Assembly (NCBI RefSeq): GCF_902652985.1
Contig: NC_047018.1
Span: 41,478,001 to 41,542,000, forward strand
From: Pecten maximus
Lineage: Eukaryota
DNA length: 64,000 nt
Direction: 5' to 3'
Below, one piece after another: positions 13,883 through 28,100 of the stretch (positions are counted from its first letter, which is position 1; the number at the start of each line of letters is the position of its first letter). The translations under genes were made by a program, and so were the position numbers. The notes under the pieces were generated by a model. That model saw only the letters and a list, made by a program, of their open reading frames with translations, was not told where the DNA came from and made no database searches.

Positions 13883-15396
13883 TTAGCCCACCATCATCAG
13901 ATGGTGGGCTATTCAAATCGCCCTGCGTCCGTGGTCCGTCGTCCGTCCCTCCGTCCCTCCGTCCGTCCGTCCGTCCGTCCCTCCGTCCGTAAACAATTCT
14001 TGTTATCGCTATTTCTGAGAAAGTGCTGATGGGATCTTTCTCAAATTTCATATGTAGGTTCCCCTTGGTGCCTAGTTGTGCATATTGCATTTTGGGACCG
14101 ATTGGAAAACAACATGGCCGACAGGCAGCCATCTTGGATTTTGACAATTGAAGTTTGTTATCTCTATTTCTGAGAAAGTATTGAAGAGATCTTTCTCAAA
14201 TTTCATATGTAGGTTCCCCTTGGTGCCTAGTTATGCATATTGCATTTTGGGACCGATCAGAAAACAACATGGCCGACAGGCAGCCATCTTGGATTTTGAC
14301 AATTGGAGTTTGTTATCGCTATTTCTGAGGAAGTACTGAAGGGATCTTCCTCAAATTTCATATGTAGGTTCCCTTTGGTGCCTAGTTATCCATATTGCAT
14401 TTTGGGACCAATCGGAAAACAAAATGGCCGACAGGCAGCCATCTTGGATTTTGACAATTGAAGTTTGTTATCGCTATTTCTGTGAAAGTACTGAAGGGAT
14501 CGTTCTCAAATTTCATATGCAGGTTCCTCTTTGTTCCTGGTTATGCATATTGCATTTTGAGACTAATTAGAAAACAACATGGCCGACAGGCAGCCATCTT
14601 GGATTCTGACAATTAAAGTTTGTTATCGCTATTTCTGTGAAAGTAATAAAGGGATCTTTCTGAAATTTCATATGCAGGTTCCCCTCAGTGCCTAGTTATG
14701 CATATTGCATTTTGAGACCAATCGGAAAACAACATGGCCGACAGGCAGCCATCTTGGATTTTGACAATTGAAATTTGTTATCGCTTTTTCTGTAAAAGAA
14801 CTGAAGGGATCTTTCTCAAATTTCATATGGAGGTTCCCCTTGGTGCCTACTTATGCATATTGCATTTTGAGACCAATCGGAAAACAAAATTGCTGACAGG
14901 CAGCCATCTTGGATTTTGACAATTAAAATTTGTTATCGCTATTTCTCAGAAAGTAATGAAGGGATCTTTCTGAAATTACATATGCAGGTTCCCCTCAGTG
15001 CCTAGTTATGCATATTGCATTTTGAGACTAATCAGAAAACAACATGGCTGACAGGCAGCCATCTTGGATTTTGACAATTGAAGTTTGTTATCGCTATTTC
15101 TGTGAAAGTACTGAAGGGATCTTTTTCAAATTTCATATGTAGGTTCCCCTCAGTGCCTAGTTATGCATACTGGGACCAATACGAAAACAACATGGCCGAC
15201 AGCCAGCCATTATAGCTAAATCTTAAATTCTATATATAGGTTCCCCTTGTTTGAATAGTACTAGAGGGCTGTTTCTGAATTTACACAGATAAGTAAGACT
15301 TAGAGGAAGGGAAAAGTAGGGAAAAGATCAATCTGACATGGAACCTATAAAGATCATTCAATGGTGGGCGCCAAGATCCCTCTGGGATCTCTTGTT
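13883..15396 (+). mobile_element. Non-autonomous Helentron-associated element (HINE / pearl / DTC84-like) carrying a 155-bp satellite array
   Basis: 5' subterminal inverted repeat AGCCCACCATC..GATGGTGGGCT, (GTCC)n microsatellite, about 8 tandem 155-bp units (starts at 14001, 14156, 14311...), 3' subTIR ATGGTGGGC, hairpin AGATCCC-TCT-GGGATCT, T-rich flanks. Confidence 0.85.
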
Positions 15397-16764
15397 TATC
15401 TTGCATGCACATTCAGTTTGTGCAAAATTCACTTATTTCAGCATTTGGAATTCTGAATTCATTTGTAAAGTTCAAAATGTTCAAAAAGTTGGTTGGTACA
15501 TTATAGAATAGAAAAAAGGATCACAACCAGGCCTTTTATAGAACATTTATAAGAAATATTATTTAGAAATTTAAAAAGATATGTTTTGATTTTAATTTTG
15601 TGAGATAAAGATAAATTTGCTGAAAATTTCAAACTACTACTGTTTTTTTTTTATGTAAATGATGAAAATAAGAGGATGTACAGAATGCAGGTGGTTAAAA
15701 GATAGGAAAGTGAGACATTTTTTTGAAATTTTGTGAAAATACTTGAAGCAAATGACAAACTGATGACAAATGACAAATAAAGGACTCTTTGAGATTCTGT
15801 CATTTCTATACTCAATATTTTACCTCTGTATAATTCGAGATGAAAGGTTTTGTTTGCTGTATTTAGAAATGAAATTGATTAACTTGAAGTAGTGTTGATA
15901 GTGCAATATATTGCGTATGGTGTATTGGATGGTTGAGGGAGCAACATTGCGAGTCACTTTGTTTGTGAGAGTGTAGCTTGTTACAAGGAAGTCAATTATG
16001 AACAGGAGAATATGTGATTGTAAGACGTTTTATTTTAATCCATTTAAAAATGCCAGTACAATATTGATGCATAAAAGAATGTGATGTTATAAAATTGACT
16101 TTGAATACTTTCACTGCACTAGTTTCAAGTAAGGGTTTTAAGTACCAAAAATCCCCAGAAAGCTCAATAAATATTTGTCCTATTAGGCCTTTAAGGAGAT
16201 ATTGTGATTATAACAATACATCTATTCCGATAAAATAATTTCAGAATACAGAAATGGTATCCTAAATTATAGATTTATAAGTTGGCAAAATACAGGAACA
16301 GGCAATAAATTTAGATTTTAGAAAAAAAAGTCTTAGTGGCAGTCCAAAGGTATCAAATGGTAGAGGGGAGATAACTCGATTTATTCAATTCTGTTAAGAG
16401 GGGAAATTTAACACGCATTTTATAAATCTTTTTTACGTTCCATTTCGTACCAAAGTGTTTATAAAATAAACTTTCCTTATTAATTACATCCTGTTGTGTA
16501 TATTACAGAATATTTATATTAAAATCCTGTTGCGCTGCCAAGATGAATCTGTTCAGTAAATTTTCAACATTTTAAAAGAAATTGGCAAGATAAACTGAGA
16601 GAGAAATTGTAAAACTGATAGAAAGAAAAGAAAACCTTGACCTAATTATATTGCATGTTGATATTAATAATTCAATGTAATAAAAACATTTTTCGTCGCG
16701 GTGTGTTAGCCTATGAATATCTGCGTCAAATCACATGACCCATCTGAGCAACAGCAATCAAAAC

Positions 16765-16885
16765 CACAGGTGCTAGTAACAATTTATTTTCCTATTTGGC
16801 TGGCCACTTATATACATATGTATATACATGTATATCTATTTAGCAGCCAACCCATAGCGAAATAGAATGTTACAAGCACCTGTGT
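16765..16885. mobile_element. Short palindromic MITE-like element
   Basis: CACAGGTGCTAGTAACAATTTATTT versus AAATAGAATGTTACAAGCACCTGTG. Confidence 0.55.
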
Positions 16886-17439
16886 TCAAAACCTCTGTAC
16901 AGTAATAATACTGGCAATCCCAAATAAAATTGTGTACCTGTGAAATATATTACATGACATGTTTGTTTTTTTTAAATGTGTATAAAGTAAACCTTTATTT
17001 GTTAAAAGAACGTAAGGAAAACCTCAGATTTAATTACTTACTACTTACTAAATTGTTTTGTTTTATACAATAACAAAATATTTTGTTTGATATTTCTTAT
17101 CTGAAAACACAATCGACTTACCTACCTTTTTGTAGACACTTTAAAAACATTTGCCTTAATTCTTTACACCTTTAATTACTGTCTGAGGGAATTATTATAT
17201 TCAATAGCAGAAACACAGGGCTAGGACAGAACTGGTTTAGGTCAAAATATGAGTTAAAGAAAAGGAGTGTGGGCATTAATTGGTACGTATCTTGAGAATC
17301 AGTGCTTGTATATACTGTGTCAAATTTAGGTGGATGAATTGGAATAAAGAACAAACTAGACATTTAAAGATTAAACGAGTCATTCAAGATAAAAATGTCA
17401 CTAAATATTGGGAAAATATATTAGAAATTTCATGAGTCT

Positions 17440-17590
17440 TAGTAGACAAAATATTGTACAAGTCACTGGTTTGAGAAATAATTTTAGGGTCAAGTAGACA
17501 AAATATTGTACACGTCACTGATGTGAGAATTAATTTGAGAGTCTAGGTAGACAAAATATTGTACACGTCACTGATGTGAGAATTAATTTA
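17440..17590. repeat. ~53-bp tandem repeat x3 (GTAGACAAAATATTGTACACGTCACTGATGTGAGAATTAATTT...)
   Basis: Three visible copies. Confidence 0.85.
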
Positions 17591-18410
17591 TATAACATGG
17601 TAGGTACTGCTCCCCTTTTATTTATCTACCTCATTGTAATATTGTAACATTTGGCATTGTAACCCTCAATGACTGGGGGTTAAATAGGTTTTGAGGAGAT
17701 ACAAAATAAAACTACCTTCAATAATAACTTGTTTTTGTGTTGTTGTTATTGTTTACTTCACAGAACAATGCAGTAATCAATTAATCAAATTTGCATATTC
17801 TACATAATCAGAACTGAAAATATCTTGTTAAAGATATTACTGTCTGATTCGATGTCTCCGAATAATTTTTGGTAGAACGAAATTTTATGGAACAAAACTT
17901 AAAACCTGTTTTTCCTTTTCGTTTTGGTGGTGAAATTTAACCAGGTCAAGTCAGTCGAAACAAGCATCAAATAGCATTTTCGATATAACAGCCACAATCG
18001 GATCAAAACATCTCTGGGTGGATTCTAGGTGAGGATATATATTGTATTTATTAGATAATATATGAAAGAGATATTGTTGAAAATTATGTTATATAAACTT
18101 ATTAATGGCAAATTGTCACCCTGAGTCAAGCTTTTCTGGAGACAGGATTTTTATGGATGTCGTTCATTGATGACTAGCTACACGTCTTTATCGCCATTTT
18201 CGCGAAATATTGTTGTCTACATAAACAAAATGGCGACATCATGCTTAGCTAGTCAAACAACATACCATGTCCTGTTGCAAAAATAGAAACAAGGAAAATG
18301 TTTTTATGAAAAGAAATACACCATGTTGAATTTTGAGAGAACAAATTCAAACGATTGCACCTTTTAAGACACGCCAGATATTAATTAGCAACATTTGATA
18401 AAAATGGTGA

Positions 18411-18454
18411 GTTGGACCAGAGACATATATATATATATATGTCTCTGGTTGGAC
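18411..18454. mobile_element. 30-bp perfect palindrome CAGAGAC(AT)8GTCTCTG flanked by 7-bp direct repeats GTTGGAC
   Basis: GTTGGAC 18411-18417, palindrome 18418-18447, GTTGGAC 18448-18454. Confidence 0.6.
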
Positions 18455-20978
18455 TAGCGCCAAAACTGAATACAAGTTACAATACTAGGGTTCGTCAGTC
18501 AGTGATGCTCAAGGCCCAAAGAGTTGATACCTAGGAGACAGGGAACTCAAAGTGAGTCGAACAAAATGTCGAAATCTCTTAATTTACCTGGTCAGTAAGG
18601 AATTATAACTCAACGTTTCCGATGCTTTACCATATAAACATTCATTCTTCACTGTCAAAAGAGCAACAGAGAGTTGAGTAAGGAGAAAGATTTTGGGAAC
18701 GGTATTTGTGTGGCTAGTCCATCTTCCAAGCATCTTCGTTGTATGATTTACGAGGGGGATTCTGTGCCGTAGGGCCGTATGAAAGAGATTCAAAATGCAT
18801 TTCATTTAAAATTCATTTTGTTTAAACAATATTTTATTCAAATACATTTGTTTTATTATCCCACCAAAGCTCAATACAATCAATAAATATCATTGTATGT
18901 TTTACATAGGTCTTTGTAATTGTATTTAGTTACTGAAATACATTTCATTAAAAAAAAGTGTATTGATCATTGTTTTAGCAATGTACCGCCTCGGTCGTCA
19001 TAGACTGTTAAAGTGTTTACTTTTGATAGACCAATTCAATTCAATTCATTTCCAAATGCAACACAGCATATAGGATTCCAAGATACACATATATCATACA
19101 ACAATTCATGCATACAAAATGGCGGAGAACACGGCCGTGATAATTCGGACTAGACTACTGACATGTCTATAAAATTCTAATAATACAATGACTGTGTTGG
19201 CTTCATATTTAATATATGACTAATTTACGAATTTCGCCAATATTACTGACACACAGCAATCGGATAAGTTTATACAATGACGGTTTGTTCCAGTAAAAAG
19301 GTTTTAGATCATGAACACTTTTGCATACTACAATAAAATGATACTCATCTTCAATATCTTGTTGACATAAAGTACAAAGTCTTTGTTCTCTTGGTAAATT
19401 AACATATCTACCTGTCTCGATAGCTAAATTATGAGCAAATCGTCATAGCTTCGTAAGACAGGATCTATATTTTACAGGTATATAGAAAATGTACCTGTCA
19501 AATAAAACTGTAAAATGATGAGCCAAATATTTATTAAGTACGCATTTTGACTAGGTATCAAGTAAACCTCGGAGATATTGCTGATGTTGATAAAATTCTT
19601 TGTTTTATCAGTAAAAGGTTGTTTTTTAATTATAAGTGTAATGGTATACACATGCCTCATCAAAGCAAAGAGAAAAAAGGCAATGTTTAACATGAGCAGC
19701 CCAGTTATAAATAGCAATTACCAGTATTGTTATTACATAAAAAGGAGTAATCTGTGTTCAAAATACAATTGCTCGTGTTCATTAGTTTGAACTTATATTT
19801 AATAATTCTGTATTTTCTAATACATTCAAACGGATATCGCCCAAGTTAAAAAAAATACATCATGGACGAAGCGATTACGTGTGCAAGTGTTAAAGACAAA
19901 TAGAATCTTGCCGAACACTGGACTTGCCGAGTGTTTGGCAGCTAAGAATCAGGGACAGGGGAATCCCAATCCGAGGGTGACGAGGATTTGTCTAGTGTTT
20001 GGCACCTGGAGTATCATACCCCCGAGGGTCGAGATTCCTCCGTCTCACTTCCGTGGGGGTGAATGATTATTTTTCTCTTACCCTGTTTACCCTCTTATGT
20101 ATCTAATATAGATGTTACATCAATACAAGAAAATGTTGACGTGACGTGATTAAATTGTCGACTCGATGGTATATTGTCAGAAAAACGTCATGGTATAGAC
20201 CCATGTTTGATTATTTTTCACACATACAAAAATTAATGTACATTTTGTACTTGCAAGCAAATGAAAGTTTTTATGAAAGTTATTTCATCGCGCTATCTGC
20301 AATGTTCCTTGGACTGTGCGTCAAAATTAATTACGTCATCATTTACGACTTCGTTACTCAACGTAAAATATCACACCGGTAAAATTGTGAATATCCCTGT
20401 CCAGGGTATGAACCGTATATATTTATGTGTTTTTGGTTTCACAAAAACTAAAACTAAATCAATTTCAAAATATAACAATCGTTCAGAGAGTGAGCAAACT
20501 TTAAGAATTGTTGTTTGTAATATTTTGGTGAATCGAAATATCATATCTCGAGATCTGTTATACAGGTAAGTTCAAACCCACGTTTTCTATTTCCAGATTA
20601 CCTTATAATTAAATAGAAAGACTGCATGTATGGGCCTGTAGCCCGAAGCATGAAACCTAAAACCTCACTATGTTGAAATCGTTTGGGCTCTATTGATTTG
20701 ACCTTGAATTTTCATTTTTGTTTTTAAACTACACTTAAGAGTTGTTGAATCACAGTTGTCTGGGGTTGGGACTTACAAACGAAGGGAATAAACTCTTACA
20801 GACATAAGACAAATTTAGTAACATCCCGTGAACACCATCGTCGGTAGCCCACGTGCACGGTCGTGAGCGTCAGGGCCGTATGGGTTCCCGACGATGGTGA
20901 ACGCATGTGTACCAATATCTGGTGAATGAGAGAAAAATACATTCTTTACATACTATCCTAGAAAATCCCACTATATCC

Positions 20979-21313
20979 ATTGCAGTCACAGGGACTTGAG
21001 AATTAGTTACAGTCTACATGCATTTTTGGACATCCCCTAGTGTGTATAGCACATTTTCAGACGTGTTGGGGGGGGGGCTAGATTAAAGTTCGGTAAAAAT
21101 GTCACCCCCGGTGTTTATATATACGGAAAGCATTTTTCTCTACACTCAACAGATTTTTTTTTCATCGAGAACCGTAGGCGGTGTCGATTTTGTCACAGGA
21201 AGCTTCCTCTCTTTTCGTATATATGAACACCGGGTGAAAATGTTTTATACACACTAGGGGAGGTCCAAATACATGTAGACTGTAACTAGTTCTCAAGTCC
21301 CTGTGATTGCAGT
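20979..21313. mobile_element. MITE with long (>100 bp) terminal inverted repeats
   Basis: TGCAGTCACAGGGACTTGAGAATTAGTTACAGTCTACATG...CCCCTAGTGTGTATA versus TATACACACTAGGGG...CATGTAGACTGTAACTAGTTCTCAAGTCCCTGTGATTGCA. Confidence 0.8.
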
Positions 21314-24300
21314 ATATAAGTACAGGTAACTCGGTTCAAAACATCGGCAGATATCCCTCCAGTGTCTATTTATCCGACCTTTAAAGATGTTAACGTTTTT
21401 GACTTCTACTACAGTTGTGGTATTCTGTCGACGAAGGCGATCATTCACTTTCTTTTCTTCCTTTGTCTGCCCTGCAGGTAGGGCGTAAGAATTGTACCTG
21501 CTGCACCCATTGCATGATCGTAAGAGGCGACTAAATTTGGGATCTTATCTTTTCTCTTCTTTCCTGCAACTTAATTACTTCTGACGGGTCCTTGCCACTG
21601 CCCACATCTGGCCTTTAGCTGATCACGAGCGTTCGCCTCTGTGATGAAGGCTTTGGGTTATTACTCCTGACCGAGACTATTCTCTTTCTCTCCATGGCTT
21701 CCATTCCTTTCTCTGTTTTCTATTTGGATTTATTTTTTCGTTACTGGTACCTGTTTTTCTGTCATCCTCACCACTGTTTATATAAAAAGACTTTCTAAAT
21801 AGATTTTTGCCATTTGTCATCCAGATTCAATTGATTGTGTTGAGTTTTAATTCTTCGATTTCTGTTTCTGACATTTCAAATCTCCCATCCGTGTCATCCA
21901 TTCTTTGACGAGTATTGTCTTTTACCTTTTGATATTGTACCACAAGGCTAAAATTTGGGGAGTTGATGAACTATACGTATTGTACACGTACATGCCCGCT
22001 TCAATTTTCCCAAGATACCTTTAACTTCTAAATCAAGGAGCTCATTTGTCCCTCTAATGATTTTTAGGGAACCAAAACTCACACACTTCACTTTATATTG
22101 CATTTGTTTACAATATACTTATAGGTCTAACAGTTGCTGGCCCCGTCACTACTTTTGCTTTTCATTGCATCTTCTGATCGAATAAAGCATATTATTTTCT
22201 AGGCGAATATAGCGTATTGTTTTTGACATATACAGCATTGTTCTATTTGGACAAATAAAGAAGATTTCTCTTTCTTTCTGGACAAATAAAGCATTGTTTC
22301 ATTTGGACGGATTAATCATTGTCTTTTCTGGACAAATACAGCATTGTCTTTTCTGGACAAAGAAAGCATTGTGATTCTACACGAACAAAGTCTTATATTA
22401 TCTGAAGTTGAAATGCTGGTGCAAGACAACATAACACCAAACGAAATGTTTCAAACATCATTATTTATTGAATTTTAATAAAAACAAAAACAAAGTGCTT
22501 GTGTTCTCAATAATCTAACGCTGATTGTCTATACTATAATTGGTATTGTGTTATAATGCTTTGTTACCAGAAGTTTTGATTCCTATAGACCGATGGACCA
22601 TTTTTCTAAACCTCATTTGTATCTCAACTTATCATAATGATTGTGAAAAAAAAATTTTTCAAGATAATGATTATGTTTCCTGTGATTTTAAAATTCACCG
22701 ACAGTATGACAAAATGAACGAATAGTTATTTTTCTATAGTTTGATTATGGTTTTTTATTGATACCCAAACCTGCCTGGAATTCATAATCAACGGTACGGT
22801 GAAAATAGGAAGCTGGAAATGTAAAAAAAAAAATCAAATATACGAGACTAATGAATATTCATATAACTAGAGCCCTAATTTAATGTCTAGCATTGTGTAT
22901 AATATCGACCAGTTAAATGGTCCACTTGACGGGTTGGCTAGACACAAGTATGCCAGTATTTTTCAATTTTATGTGTTTCAAACTTATTTTTTTCTAAACT
23001 CGACCACGAAAAAGAACATTTTTTTCTCCATTTAAACATAATTAGAATGCTATCTTCCAATATGGATATCGATTGAGAAGTCTGGCCTTGAGATGAGCCT
23101 TTCTGGTCTAGTAAACATGGCTACCTTGAGCAGTTCATTTGAGCGGTTTTGTCAAACTTTTAAAAGGTAATTTTAAAAACCTGCATGCAAAATTACGGTC
23201 AGATTTCGTATCGGCTTCCAGAAAAAAGGAATCAATACTGAAGAAGCTTACAAAAAGTTTCGTATTTGATTGAAATAATTATACACAATTTATACAACTT
23301 ATATTGAAAACCTGACGTATTAAATGTTGTAAAAACCTGCCATATCGCTATGATAGGTGATGAACATATACCCGGGGCCGCTTAAAACATAGTGGAATGA
23401 CACACCTGTGAGCAATACTTTTATATATGCGAAATAAGTAATATGTATGGAAGTTGGTGAACAAAATGTGGATCATTTAGGTTTTCCGTCCTTATAGGAC
23501 ACCTCATGATCAGTGATAATAAAAGTAAAACATTATGGAAAATCAGGCGGAATGTTATGGAAACCTCAGCGGTCTTAAATAACAGACATGACAATATAGA
23601 GGTTGACCCTCTCACCCTGTGTTTGGATACTTATCGACAATACTGCTTCGGCTAAAAACACGTAACTGAATTCCTCAGCGGTTAAAACACTAGTTAGCCT
23701 CAAATTAGCGACTTCAAACCACGGGCTTATAGTAGATTTAATATAAGTCAGTACTACAAACAATCAGACCCATAATATTACGTCTCTGCCCTGCCTAATA
23801 TACATATAAGTCCGTGGTCTATTTCAACATACGGAAACAAATGATACACATGACCCTGGTATTATTTGCATGAAAATAACAAAAACAAAATTTTACATTG
23901 TAGTTTCTATATTAGAAATAGGGCATGATGTATCACATAATTCGTGATTAAATACGATCAAATAGAATTAAGAAAATTAAGAAAAATTAATATAAGTTCA
24001 TGTTTTGCTTCTTCACATGCTATTTATAATTAACATTATTCAAGATTTCAATTAAAAGAGTTTTCAATATAAATTATAAGGATTAAGCATTAGTATTAGT
24101 ATTATCAACAACTAAGAAATTCAGAGCAAAAATCGAGTCATATTCAAGTTCAGAAGGTAAAACTAAAACTAAACATATGAGATAAGATATCTAATATATA
24201 AATAAATGTTAATGATACAATAGATAGGTTAGAATGTTACATATTATCATATTAAATAATTAATCAACATCGTTTTCGCTTAACATTCCCGGGCTGCAAA

Positions 24301-25132
24301 GGAGATGTGACAGGTACCACATGTGGTGACAGGAGACATCAATATGGTTACCATATGTGGGAATATATATATATATATATATATATTTAATCTGACGGTA
24401 ACACTTTCGAATTAGGAATAGATCCATAAACCCTTTTTAATTTAGAAAAAAAACAGCTTATGGATATAATACATGTATATATCATGTACGTAAAACATAA
24501 AATATTGCATTGGTTATAAATAGATCTAAATTAGAAACAATTAAACATGGATGTGTATATGAGTAAGGCATAGTAGAATGACAGGCAACACACGTGCAAA
24601 TGAGAAGATGAAAACAAAACAAAATAAATAGTTGTTGAATTGAGCGGGCACGTTTGGTACTACATGATTCTAGCACCAGTTAATTTGTATTGTATTATTA
24701 AAGCTTTTCAAATAAAACAAATTTGGTTTGGCGTAAGGTGACCGAATTGGATTGGTAATATTCTATAAATAGAATTTCATGAATAAAGAATTAACTCAAA
24801 AACGGCAAACAGTATTCTTCAACATATTGAATTTGACACAGCTTCATTTTTGGCGTAGTATAAAAAATGGATGGATAGGGGAAAATGGAAATATAAATAG
24901 AAACACATTATCATTATACGATTAATTGAGTATGGCACTTTGTGCTGTTAATACATCACATATCATAGTACTAAAAGCCATATAGTAAATCTGCCATTTT
25001 AGATCTAGAATTAATTATGCAAACTTTCATAACAATTGGAATATCCTATACAGATAATACAATGTCATATATATTGCATAGAGATATATTTTATGCTCAT
25101 AGCATCAGTTTCTAAGATATAGGATAGCGATG

Positions 25133-28100
25133 TTAACGAGACACAGCTTTCGTGCTTCCATTTGAAATTCCGTTGGAATGTCCGTTTGTAGTTTTATGTA
25201 CTCCATTGTTAACAGTGCCATTTGAACTGTCTTCAGCTTTTTTGGCTTCTCCCAGTCGCCTCTTTTTGATGTAAGCATTGAGGTAGAAGTTTCCAAACAA
25301 AACAAGCATGCTGATCATGTACCTGGAAATTATGTTAAGATTCAGATCAGTAGCCGAACATGATAATCAACACAAAAAGTAACACATTTTATTCACACCA
25401 AATTGCTATTTTTCACTAATTTTGATAAGGCCACAGGACTCCCATGAAAAAACCCCAATATCTCTCGGTTGTGATAAGGCCACAGGGAGTTCCATGAAAA
25501 AAACCCAATATCTCTCGGTTGATTTCAAAAACAGATTCTAAATTATTTCATTCTCATTCGGTTGATACTTTTTCTCCGGTTAATGAAACCACGTATTGAC
25601 CTCACCAAAAGCCTATAATTGTGTAACATAATTAGGTAGAGATCAATACCAGTCCTTGAATATATCAACACTGTTTAAACAACTGATAGATTATTACTGT
25701 CCGGCTAAGGCTGTGGTCACTTTGTTTACTCGATCGAACAAAATAGACTCAAATGGAAACTGGAATGACAGACATTTTAAAAGAGTCTCTAAACACAAAT
25801 GGTGTATTGATAGAAGCAGGTGATGACATCTGTCCTTACTGAGAACGAATTTCGTTTATGCTACTGATCTCTGATTTTAAACTAGGGGTTTCGTTCTCTT
25901 TACTTACTTGGGAACATGAAAGAGAACAACATTTATCTGCTATCCATATCGCTATACTTAAGATCTTTATCTTTTGCTTTCCTTCATGCTTTCTCATATT
26001 TCTGGTATTTCGCCTGATTAAGTTCCTTTGATACTCGTTCACATGAATTATGACCTTGACTGTGGCGAGGCCGTTAAACCTTAGACAAACGAACAAACAA
26101 GAAAACAGTTTAAATTGGACCAAATGAAGCGATTGCTTACCCTGTTAGTAAATACTGGCCCCACATTGGGTAGTCACACCCTGTGTATGTCGTCTGTACT
26201 GTATGGTAGAGGATTAGTACAAACTGGACCTGTAAATAGTTAAACAAACGTGGAAGTATTTGTAGTAAAGGTATAAATACATTAACTTAATGTCCCACTC
26301 TTCAAACGTAATGGACATATGGTTTACATTTCAGTGATTATTTCCAAACCTGACATTATCTTACTTGTTTAGAATACTGTATAAAAATGTCAATTTCATT
26401 CGTGACTTTTGTATTGGGACATCATCAATGCTTAAATGCTTACGGATCTTGACCTCAATGCATGTGTACAAGTTAGTCTACGAAATACATTGATGGGCGA
26501 GACAGTGTAAGTCAATATTAGCGACAATACAGAAATCTTTTTTTCATATCTCCTTCCTTACTTACAAAGTTACAATATCTTCATATATTTTTGGTACGGT
26601 ATCAATGCAATTTTGGATGATATAATTTTCTTTCTCTAATATTCATGTTATTTTGCACTAAACACACTGATGAGTGAAAAAAGAAGGTAATTTAAATGAC
26701 AATACATGTACATACATCTATTTTATTTCCTAATTTACATTCAAGTTACAAACCCTACATATATTTTAGTACGGTATCAATGTAATTTTGGACGATAACA
26801 ATTTCTTTCTATGACATACATATTATTTAGCACTACATACCATTGGCGGGTGAAACAGAGGGCAGAGGAGGTAATATTAGCAACAGTACAGATTTTTTTT
26901 CATATAAAGTTACAAAAACTGCATATATTTTAGTACGGTATAATGTAATTTTCGACGATATACTTTTCTTTTTATGGCATACATATAGTTTTTGCACTAC
27001 TATTATTACACTAGCAACAGTTTATGATATAGTTGTAAAATATTCTGATGTGTTTACTTACTAATTGAAATTTGGTGATGTATTTTTTCCACCAAAGTTT
27101 GCTCCTCATGGACGGAATGGCGGCAAGTGCGTAATATAGATACATGACGACATGGACGGAACAGTTCAGACTACTGGAGAACCAGGCTACAACGTAAAGT
27201 ATGGACATATAATATAGACACATAACGACATGGACGGAACAGTTCAGACTACTAGAGAACCAGGCTACAACGTAAAGTATGGACATATAATATAGACACA
27301 TAACGACATGGACGGAACAGTTCAGACTACTGGAGAACCAGGCTACAACGTAAAGTATGGACATGTAATATAGACACATAACGACATGGACGGAATAATT
27401 CAAACTACTGGAGAACCAGGCTACAACGTAAAGTATGGACATGTAATATAGACACATAACGACATGGACGGAACAGTTCAGACTACTAGAGAACCAGGCT
27501 ACAACGTAAAGTATGGTAATGACAGCAAACACAATTTACGTATTCATTTATTCCAATACAACATCCGTCGTGATTTCTAAATTGTGTTTGATTAACGGAG
27601 TTAATCAACACGAAATTAATATGGTTAAATTTTCAAAAAAATTACAGTTTATGGTCAGAACTGAGCAAATAACACAAAACTATATTTAATTCACGCTATT
27701 CCCATAGATCGAAAGAGAAATGACGGCAACAGAAGAAAAAAATTGAATGCTACATTAAAAATCGCAACAGATACAATATATGCAAAATAATTCCTTCACT
27801 GATACATTCAAATACATCATACAGCTGTGTAGTCCTTATAGGATTACTCAGCGCCCAAAAGTTTAATTTGACCAGTTTGATAATTTGATATTGGATACAG
27901 GGGAATTTCATAAAAGCGCATTTTCACTCAGACACAAGTTATCGTGTATACTTAAACATGAAGCTTATCCTATATTTCCCGACAACCTCTTATTGGAAAA
28001 AAACATAAGGATACAGGAAATCATTATCCAGCTATAGTAAGTCACATGTTCACAATTTATCTTTATCGAAAACGAACAGAAACACAACGTGTATATTATC

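Noticed and set aside
13833-14919. ORFs inside the HINE element as a possible transposase
   Set aside because: Short translations of microsatellite and satellite units with no Rep/helicase or DDE motifs
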